This document shows positions 56,746 through 64,000 of a stretch of 64,000 bases of DNA, piece after piece. Both the position numbers and the translations under genes were made by a program. The DNA comes from Bacteroidota bacterium. GTDB taxonomy: Bacteria; Bacteroidota; Bacteroidia; UBA4408. The DNA is taken from contig JBAXQC010000001.1 of NCBI GenBank assembly GCA_037131955.1, positions 46,366-110,365 of the forward strand, in the 5' to 3' direction. Below the pieces are notes generated by a model that had not been told where the DNA came from, searched no databases, and was given only the letters and a program-made list of their open reading frames with translations. The number at the start of each line of letters is the position of its first letter. Positions within the stretch are counted from its first letter, which is position 1.

Positions 56746-58364
56746 TTTATTTTTACTGTTTTTAATTGCAATAGATTTAGAGAATTAAATTGCAGCCCAG
56801 ATAAATTATTGTGATAAAATACAACAGCTTCATCATAATACAAACTAATAACAGGACATTCTTGGGCAATTATACTGTCTAATTTAGAATACAATTTTAT
56901 TCTTTCATTAGCGTCTATTGTGGAGATAGATTGTGCGTAAATACTGTCGAAAACAGCATTAGAGAATCTTGCATAGTTTGGGCCTTGAGGAGGAATTTTT
57001 GAGCTGCAAAAAACCGATAAAAAATTTTCGGCGTCAGGAAAATCTGCCACCCAAGATTTTCTAAAAAAATCTATTTCACCTTTTGCAATAGATTCAGAAT
57101 TTACAGCTGAAGGTAAGACCTGAATCTTAGAAGGAATTCCACATTCGTTTAATTGTTGTTGCACAAACTCGCAAACATCAGCATATACGGATGTAGTAGT
57201 GATAACAATGGGGTTGTTTACATTTAAAACAATACCAGATTCTTTTATTAATTGCTTTGCATATTCAGGATTGTATTGATAATGTTTTGGATTGTATTTG
57301 TTTGGCAAATTTAATCCATCTGCCACAAAGCTCCCCTGCGATGGTATTCCAATTCCATTTCGTAAAAAGGTAATTAGTTTTCTTCTGTCAATGCTGGCAG
57401 AAATTGCTTGCCTAATTTTTAAATTTTGTAGAGGATTTACATTTTTATTGTTTAGTAATATTCCAAAATAATCTGTTTTTAAAAACGGCATCCTGTGCAT
57501 TAAAAATTTACCCTTGTGTTTACCTTTTAAGCTTCCATTAAAATTCAGTAAATCATCTTTGTAACTCCCATCTAAGCCACTCATAAAATCGAATTTGTTT
57601 TTTAAAAAAGCCAGGTATGCTGTTTGTTTATCTTTTATAAATGAAAGTGCAATTGCATCGATAAACGGTAGTTTTTTACCATTTACAGATTCAAAATATT
57701 TTTTGTTTTTTAGCAGAACTAATTTCTCTCCCTCTAACCATCTTTTAAAACAAAAAGGTCCTGTTCCAACAGGATTTGCTCTAAAATTTGAAGCATAAAA
57801 ATCAATTGCTTCTTTGGGAACTACGCTACAATATTGATGACTGAGTAAATTTAAAAAAGGAGAAAATGCTTGCTTTAGATAAATTACAAAAACAGAATCA
57901 TTTTCGGCAACAAAACCGTTTTCTCTAACATTTCTAAACACCCAAGAGCCAGGAGAAGATAAGGATTCATCTAAAATTCTATTGTAACTAAATACAAAGT
58001 CGTTTGCTATTACTCTCCTAGTTTTTAATTTTCCGAAACACTCATTTTCATGAAAAAACACATCACTTCTTAACGTAAACCTATATTCTAAACCATTTTC
58101 AGAAACTTGCCATTTTTTTGCAATACTTGGAATTAGCTGCAAATTGCTATCCAATTGAAGCAATCCATTGTAAAGTTGGTTCAACACCCAAATATTTTCT
58201 GTAGTTCTTGCAAAGGCGGGGTCTAAGCTAGTTATGCCTGCAGATTCATTGTATCTAAAAACTTTTAAACTAGAATTGTTCTGTTTATTTTGGTTGCACC
58301 CACTAAAAAATAATAGAGTAACTACCGTAATTAAGAGATAAAATCTGTATAAATTTGTAGGCAT
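56742..58364 (-). CDS. ABC transporter substrate-binding lipoprotein (family 5)
   Basis: Lipobox FSGC; SLDPAFA, PVGTGPF and WVADFPDAENFL. Confidence 0.9.
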   Translation of the reverse strand: MPTNLYRFYLLITVVTLLFFSGCNQNKQNNSSLKVFRYNESAGITSLDPAFARTTENIWVLNQLYNGLLQLDSNLQLIPSIAKKWQVSENGLEYRFTLRSDVFFHENECFGKLKTRRVIANDFVFSYNRILDESLSSPGSWVFRNVRENGFVAENDSVFVIYLKQAFSPFLNLLSHQYCSVVPKEAIDFYASNFRANPVGTGPFCFKRWLEGEKLVLLKNKKYFESVNGKKLPFIDAIALSFIKDKQTAYLAFLKNKFDFMSGLDGSYKDDLLNFNGSLKGKHKGKFLMHRMPFLKTDYFGILLNNKNVNPLQNLKIRQAISASIDRRKLITFLRNGIGIPSQGSFVADGLNLPNKYNPKHYQYNPEYAKQLIKESGIVLNVNNPIVITTTSVYADVCEFVQQQLNECGIPSKIQVLPSAVNSESIAKGEIDFFRKSWVADFPDAENFLSVFCSSKIPPQGPNYARFSNAVFDSIYAQSISTIDANERIKLYSKLDSIIAQECPVISLYYDEAVVFYHNNLSGLQFNSLNLLQLKTVKIK

Positions 58365-58388
58365 CGTGATAAAATTCTATTTCTTTTT

Positions 58389-58396
58389 TATATTTG
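58389..58396 (+). promoter_or_regulatory. Bacteroidota -7 box immediately upstream of mtaB
   Basis: TATATTTG only 5 nt before the ATG, implying a very short or absent leader. Confidence 0.5.
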
Positions 58397-58401
58397 CATA
58401 A

Positions 58402-59748
58402 ATGGAACAAAAGCCAAAAGTAGCTTTTTACACCTTAGGATGTAAACTAAATTTTTCTGAAACTTCTACAATATCTAGGAACTTTGAACAAGAAGGTTTT
58501 GAGAAGGTAGGTTTTGAAAAATTTGCAGATGTTTATGTTATAAACACGTGTTCAGTTACAGAAAATGCAGACAAGGAATGTAAGAGAATTGTAAAATCTG
58601 CCTTAAAAATAAACCCAGAAGGTTATGTATGTGTGGTGGGATGTTATGCACAACTTAAACCAGAAGAAATTTCAAAAATAGAGGGAGTTGATTTGGTTTT
58701 AGGAGCAACAGAAAAATTTAAAATTTCGCAATACATTGGAAATTTAGAGAAAAAACAAACCACCGAAATTCATAGTTGCGAAATTGAAGATGCCAATTTT
58801 TTTACAGGAAGTTTTAGCATTGGCGATAGAACAAGATCCTTTCTAAAAGTGCAAGACGGTTGCGACTATCCTTGTACCTATTGTACCATTCCCTTAGCAA
58901 GAGGAATTAGCCGAAGTGATAGTTTGGAAAATGTTGTTGAAAACGCAAAAAAAATTGCACAACAAGGAATAAAAGAAATTGTGCTAACAGGAGTTAACAT
59001 AGGCGATTATGGCAAAGGAGAATTAGGCAACAAAAAACACCAGCATACTTTTTTAGATTTAGTAAAAGAACTAGATGAAGTTGAGGATATAGAAAGGATA
59101 AGAATTTCTTCTATTGAACCCAATTTACTAAAAAATGAAACCATAGAATTTGTATCGCAATCAAAAAGATTTGTTCCTCATTTTCATGTTCCGCTGCAAT
59201 CTGGAAGTGACACTGTTTTAAAGGCAATGAAAAGAAGGTATTTAACTGCTCTGTACAAAGAGAAAGTGGAACAGATTAAAGAATCTATTCCCCACGCAGC
59301 AATTGGAGTTGATGTTATTGTTGGTTTTCCGGGAGAATCTAATTTAGACTTTGAAGAAACGTATAACTTTTTAAATTCTCTAGATATAAGCTACCTTCAC
59401 GTGTTTACATATTCTAAAAGAGACAACACATCAGCATCTTTGATGGAAAATCAGGTAGATGAAAAAACAAAAAACGAAAGGAATAAAAGGTTAAGAATTC
59501 TATCGATAAAAAAAAGATTACATTTTTATGAAAAGAATCTAAATAAAATTTATCCCGTACTTTTTGAAGCAGAAAACAAAGATGGATTTATCTATGGATT
59601 TACGCCAAACTATGTAAAAACTAAAGTTGCTTTTGATAAAAATTTAATTAACAAAGTTTTAGAAGTTAAATTAAAAGAATTAGATAAAGATGGAAATATA
59701 GTGGGAGAAATAATAAAAATCAATGAACCAAATCATATTCTGCAATAA
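58402..59748 (+). CDS. mtaB: tRNA t6A37 methylthiotransferase
   Basis: TLGCKLNFSE, NTCSVT, GCYAQ and radical SAM CDYPCTYC. Confidence 0.93.
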   Translation: MEQKPKVAFYTLGCKLNFSETSTISRNFEQEGFEKVGFEKFADVYVINTCSVTENADKECKRIVKSALKINPEGYVCVVGCYAQLKPEEISKIEGVDLVLGATEKFKISQYIGNLEKKQTTEIHSCEIEDANFFTGSFSIGDRTRSFLKVQDGCDYPCTYCTIPLARGISRSDSLENVVENAKKIAQQGIKEIVLTGVNIGDYGKGELGNKKHQHTFLDLVKELDEVEDIERIRISSIEPNLLKNETIEFVSQSKRFVPHFHVPLQSGSDTVLKAMKRRYLTALYKEKVEQIKESIPHAAIGVDVIVGFPGESNLDFEETYNFLNSLDISYLHVFTYSKRDNTSASLMENQVDEKTKNERNKRLRILSIKKRLHFYEKNLNKIYPVLFEAENKDGFIYGFTPNYVKTKVAFDKNLINKVLEVKLKELDKDGNIVGEIIKINEPNHILQ

Positions 59749-59751
59749 AAC

Positions 59752-60012
59752 ATGGGAGATAAATACAGCATTTCTTCTAGTTCTGGAAGATTAAGAAAAA
59801 AGGTACGAGTAAAAAAAGCAAAAAAGAAAAAAAGTGTTTTCACCCTTTTGATTAACTACGCAAAAAATCCTTGGGTAGTTTTAATTTTTGTGGTGTTATT
59901 TGGTTTAACAATATATTATTTATTGGGAGAAACAGGAACAAAATCCGGAAGATCGCCAGTAGAAAACGCAAAAAATGTTAATCAATCTGTAAAAGAAAAA
60001 AAAGGGAAATAG
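59752..60012 (+). CDS. Small basic single-TM protein
   Basis: In-operon ORF; KYSISSSSGRLRKK followed by a TM helix. Confidence 0.7.
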   Translation: MGDKYSISSSSGRLRKKVRVKKAKKKKSVFTLLINYAKNPWVVLIFVVLFGLTIYYLLGETGTKSGRSPVENAKNVNQSVKEKKGK

Positions 60013-60015
60013 TTT

Positions 60016-60240
60016 ATGAAAGACTCCACAAAATACAGTATTTCTCCTAGAAGCGGGAGGCTCAGAAAAAAAATTAAACTAAACGATTTTAAGAATAGAG
60101 ACGATTTTGACAACAGTAAAAGAAATCATAGAATTGTTGTTGTAAGCATTATTTTGATTATGATAATTGCACTATATTTTTTCTATGATTTTATGTCAAG
60201 TAGTACACATCAACAAAAAATAATTAACACAAAAAACTAA
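60016..60240 (+). CDS. Small basic single-TM protein, paralogue of the previous gene
   Basis: KYSISPRSGRLRKK followed by a TM helix; stop abuts the next ATG. Confidence 0.7.
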   Translation: MKDSTKYSISPRSGRLRKKIKLNDFKNRDDFDNSKRNHRIVVVSIILIMIIALYFFYDFMSSSTHQQKIINTKN

Positions 60241-61404
60241 ATGTACCCTACAATAACAGATTTAATAAAAGACTTATTCGGACTAAATATTCCGCTTCCT
60301 ATTCAAACATTCGGTTTTTTTGTAATGATAGCATTTATTGTTTCGGGATATTTTTTGGGCGAAGAACTAAAACGAAAACATACCTTAGGTTTATTGCCTG
60401 CTATACGGGCAAAGCAAAAAATTCAGGAAAAAGCAAACTTAGTTTCGTATTTTGTTCCTGCTGCAATTGGATTTCTTATTGGCTTTAAAATAATTGAAGG
60501 TTTTATGCACTACTCAGATTTAGTTGCAAATCCGCAAGAATTTATACTATCGCTGAGGGGTAACGTTATAGGTGGTATTTTAGTTATGATCTATTCTGTT
60601 TGGAGTAAATACAAAGAAGACAAAGCGGCATTAGAAAATCCAAACAAAAATACCGAACCCGTTTTTATTTTGCCACAACATCACGTTGGAAATATTGTAA
60701 TAATTTCTGTTGTTGCTGGATTTTTAGGTGCTAAAATTTTTCATAATCTCGAAAATTTAAACGAGTTTTTAAGCGACCCACTAGGTTCCTTTGTATCGTT
60801 TAGCGGACTTACGTTTTATGGCGGATTAATAGTAACTACAATAGCTTTGTATGTTTACAGTACAAAAAATCAAATGTATTTTCCGCATGTGATGGATTCT
60901 GCAGCACCTGCACTAATAATTGGTTATTCTATTGGAAGAATTGGATGCCAATTGAGCGGAGATGGAGATTGGGGAATAAATAATTTAGCTCCAAAACCAA
61001 ATTGGATGAGCTTTCTGCCCGATTGGATGTGGGCATTTAGATTTCCTCATAATGTTATTGGTGATGGAATTCCTATTCCTGGTTGCGAAGGACCTCATTG
61101 CAATCAGTTACAATTTCCTGTTTATCCTACTGCTTTCTACGAAACAATAATGGCATTTTTAATCTTTTTGTTCTTGTGGGCTATAAGAAAAAAAATAAAC
61201 AAACCATTGGTAATGTTTTCTATTTATCTTTTTTTAAACGGCAGCGAAAGATTTTTAATTGAGCAAATTAGAGTAAACACAGAGTACAATATTTTAGGTG
61301 GTATTACGCAAGCAGAAATTATTTCTTTTATTTTTATAATTTCTGGGGCTGTTGGTTTTTTCTACTTTAGAAGTAAAGAATTAAAACCGCCAATGATGGT
61401 TTAG
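60241..61404 (+). CDS. lgt: Prolipoprotein diacylglyceryl transferase family protein
   Basis: [24 protein letters not shown] and ERFLIEQIR motifs. Confidence 0.8.
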   Translation: MYPTITDLIKDLFGLNIPLPIQTFGFFVMIAFIVSGYFLGEELKRKHTLGLLPAIRAKQKIQEKANLVSYFVPAAIGFLIGFKIIEGFMHYSDLVANPQEFILSLRGNVIGGILVMIYSVWSKYKEDKAALENPNKNTEPVFILPQHHVGNIVIISVVAGFLGAKIFHNLENLNEFLSDPLGSFVSFSGLTFYGGLIVTTIALYVYSTKNQMYFPHVMDSAAPALIIGYSIGRIGCQLSGDGDWGINNLAPKPNWMSFLPDWMWAFRFPHNVIGDGIPIPGCEGPHCNQLQFPVYPTAFYETIMAFLIFLFLWAIRKKINKPLVMFSIYLFLNGSERFLIEQIRVNTEYNILGGITQAEIISFIFIISGAVGFFYFRSKELKPPMMV

Positions 61405-61406
61405 AA

Positions 61407-63524
61407 ATGGAAAAACTAAATCAATTTCCGTTTGTAAAAATAGTTATCCCTTTTTGCACTGGAATCTATTTAGGAATATTTCAAAATTTCTACGTTTCGT
61501 TTTTATTTTTTTTAATACCCTTATTGCTGTTTTTAATTTCATTATTAAAAAAATTCAAAAACAAAAGAACATGGCAAGGCTCATCTTGCTTTGTGTTTTT
61601 TTTAATGTTAGGAAACATTCTTTCATTTTATAACAATGAACTTTTTAGATCCAATCATTTTTCAAAAATTGCAATTAGCAACCAAGATTATTTAATTGGG
61701 TATTTAAATGAAAGTCCAACAATAAAAGGAGAAAGTTATAAATCAGTTTTAAAAATAAATTCCGTCATAAAAGATAAAAAAAAAGTAGCTGCTGTTGGAA
61801 ATTTGTTGGTGTATTTTAAAAAAGTAGATTTAAACGAAAAAATTAAATACGGTCAAAATATCATTATAAAGGCCAACTTTAATGAATTTACTCCACCTCC
61901 AAATCCATTTCAATTCTCTGCAAAAGATTATTATTATTTTAAAAATATCTACCATGTTCAGTTTTCGGATTTTGGAGATTTTAGATTTTTAAATAGTTAT
62001 TCTGGCAATCCTTTTCAAAAATTTGCACTAGAAACAAGAGACAATTTGATAGAATTATACAATAAATTTAATATACCAGAAGATGAATTATCAGTTTTAA
62101 AAGCTTTGGTTTTAGGTTATGACGATGATGTAAGCGACGAAGTAATTCTTACATATTCTGCAACAGGTGTTATGCATATTTTGTCTGTTTCGGGGTTACA
62201 TATTGGTGTGGTATATTTAGTATTAAAGTATCTTTTGTCATTTCTGAACGGCACTAGAAAAAAAGAATTGTTAAAGCTAATTTTATTAATAGTTTTTCTT
62301 TGGGTTTATTCGCTTGTTACTGGCTTTTCGTCATCAGTAGTAAGAGCAGCATTGATGTTCAGCTTTTTTTCTATGGGTACTTACTTTAAATTGTTTAATA
62401 ACATTTTTAATATTCTTTCATTTTCTGCCCTCGTACTTTTGGTTATTGATCCTTTTTATTTGGCTAATGTTGGATTTCAACTTTCCTATTTTGCATTGCT
62501 GGGCATATTATTATTACAACCATTATTTGCACAATGGTATTCAAGCGAAAACTATATAGTAAACTTTATATACTCTACAAGCACAGTTTCAATTGCAGCT
62601 ACCATTGGCACATTAGCTTTTAATCTATATTATTACCATCAATTTCCATTGTATTTTATACCCGCAAATATTATTGCAATTCCCTTATCAACACTAATTA
62701 TTTATGGCGGTTTTGTATTGATTCCGCTTTATCTTCTTGGCTATATTGGGAAATTATTCTCCTTACTGCTAACAAAAATAATTACACTTTTAAATTACTC
62801 TTTAAATTTTATCGATTCACTTCCTTATTCAAATCTTCAACCTATTTCATTTACAAAACTTGAAGGCTTTATTTTAATTGTTGCAACATTTTTTCTTACC
62901 ATGTTTTTTTACCATAAATCAAATAAATTACTGTATGCATTTGCAACAGTAAGTTTTATTTTTATTTTCTACAATAGCTACTTATTTTATCAAAAATCAA
63001 ATACTTCGCAACTTTTAGTTTATAAAATTAAAAATCACACAGCAATTGAAATATCCTCCAGAACAGAATCTATTTTTATTTCAAAAAAAGAGTTGTATGA
63101 AAATCAGTGGATGCAGAAATTTCATTGTCAACCTTACCGCTCAAGTTTATACATTTCTAGCACGAAATGGATAAATGATAGTATTAGTGTAAACAGAAAT
63201 TATAGAACACCTAATTTTGCAATACAAGAAAATATAATTGCATTAGGAAAGGATAAATTTTTATTGTTAAATCAATCAAATTATCATCTATTGCACGAAC
63301 ATAAATTCATTAACAATTTTAAAGGAATTATTTTAAGCGGAACATTCAAATTTTTAAACCTTAAAATGAAGGTAAAACCAATTTTAATTTTCGACTCCAC
63401 CTTTAATAATCCCTTTAAAAGCAGCTTATTAGCAAAACTCAAAAGAAACGATCAAAATTTTTGGGATGTAACTTCTATGGGAGCATTTTTTTATGAACAA
63501 AAAAGCGATTTGATAAATAGTTAA
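61407..63524 (+). CDS. comEC: ComEC/Rec2 family competence protein
   Basis: HILSVSGLHIG, SVVRA and GFQLSY motifs; many TM helices. Confidence 0.88.
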   Translation: MEKLNQFPFVKIVIPFCTGIYLGIFQNFYVSFLFFLIPLLLFLISLLKKFKNKRTWQGSSCFVFFLMLGNILSFYNNELFRSNHFSKIAISNQDYLIGYLNESPTIKGESYKSVLKINSVIKDKKKVAAVGNLLVYFKKVDLNEKIKYGQNIIIKANFNEFTPPPNPFQFSAKDYYYFKNIYHVQFSDFGDFRFLNSYSGNPFQKFALETRDNLIELYNKFNIPEDELSVLKALVLGYDDDVSDEVILTYSATGVMHILSVSGLHIGVVYLVLKYLLSFLNGTRKKELLKLILLIVFLWVYSLVTGFSSSVVRAALMFSFFSMGTYFKLFNNIFNILSFSALVLLVIDPFYLANVGFQLSYFALLGILLLQPLFAQWYSSENYIVNFIYSTSTVSIAATIGTLAFNLYYYHQFPLYFIPANIIAIPLSTLIIYGGFVLIPLYLLGYIGKLFSLLLTKIITLLNYSLNFIDSLPYSNLQPISFTKLEGFILIVATFFLTMFFYHKSNKLLYAFATVSFIFIFYNSYLFYQKSNTSQLLVYKIKNHTAIEISSRTESIFISKKELYENQWMQKFHCQPYRSSLYISSTKWINDSISVNRNYRTPNFAIQENIIALGKDKFLLLNQSNYHLLHEHKFINNFKGIILSGTFKFLNLKMKVKPILIFDSTFNNPFKSSLLAKLKRNDQNFWDVTSMGAFFYEQKSDLINS

Positions 63525-63561
63525 AATAAATTAGTTTCGCAATCTAATTAAACAAACTATT

Positions 63562-64000
63562 ATGATTGATTTAGCAGGATTCATTGCAATTTCGGGATAT
63601 CCCGGATTATTTAAAGTTGTTGCACAAACTAAAAATGGCGTTATTGTAGAAGGCGTTGCCGATAAAAAAAGACTTGTAGCTCATTCTCATTTTAAAATAA
63701 GTGCTCTAGAAGATATAAGCATTTATACAACCCAAGAGGATACATTACTTTCTAACGTTTTTAAAAGTATTTTTGATAAAGAAAATGGTGGTCAGGCAAT
63801 ATCATCTAAAGAAACACCTGCAGAGCAAGGCAAATATTTAGAATCTGTTCTCCCCAATTACGACAAAGAAAGAGTGCATAATTCCGACATAAAAAAATTA
63901 TTTTCCTGGTACAATATTCTTCAAGAAAATAACCTATTAAAGGTAAAAGAAGAATCAAATGAAAGCGATGACAAAAAACCAACTGTTGATCTAGATAAAC
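63562..64000 (+). CDS. DUF5606-like conserved Bacteroidota protein (runs off the window end)
   Basis: Translated by hand: MIDLAGFIAISGYPGLFKVVAQ...ISALEDISIYT...PNYDKERVHNSDIKKLFSWYN. Confidence 0.75.
   Translation, partial: MIDLAGFIAISGYPGLFKVVAQTKNGVIVEGVADKKRLVAHSHFKISALEDISIYTTQEDTLLSNVFKSIFDKENGGQAISSKETPAEQGKYLESVLPNYDKERVHNSDIKKLFSWYNILQENNLLKVKEESNESDDKKPTVDLDK

Overview
AT-rich chromosomal window from a Bacteroidota genome, inferred from TAnnTTTG -7 promoter boxes, a T9SS-like C-terminus and typical gene families; the proteorhodopsin suggests an aquatic organism. Most of it is housekeeping or envelope genes: a surface-glycan cluster, PhoH2, rimM, an ECF sigma with an anti-sigma/protease fusion, nupC, proteorhodopsin with a fused lycopene cyclase-Blh gene, glgE, selD, a PAS histidine kinase and receiver, hemH, a DtxR-family regulator with a TonB receptor, a UbiD-family enzyme, ppa, mtaB, an lgt-like gene and comEC. 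The stand-out region is about 30.9-36.1 kb. It is a co-oriented array of small cassettes: a PIN pair, an aspartic protease, a DUF4258/DUF2283 pair, and two secreted fibre-like paralogues with different C-termini. Every cassette is followed by a member of one covarying hairpin family (GTCCNTAGTC...GACTANGGAC). The array starts at a gene truncated exactly at the repeat and ends in a 3149-aa secreted protein carrying eight invariant GILHTGSGSGGPN motifs. No integrase, transposase, rRNA, tRNA or CRISPR array was seen. All family calls come from motif recognition by eye, not from database searches.
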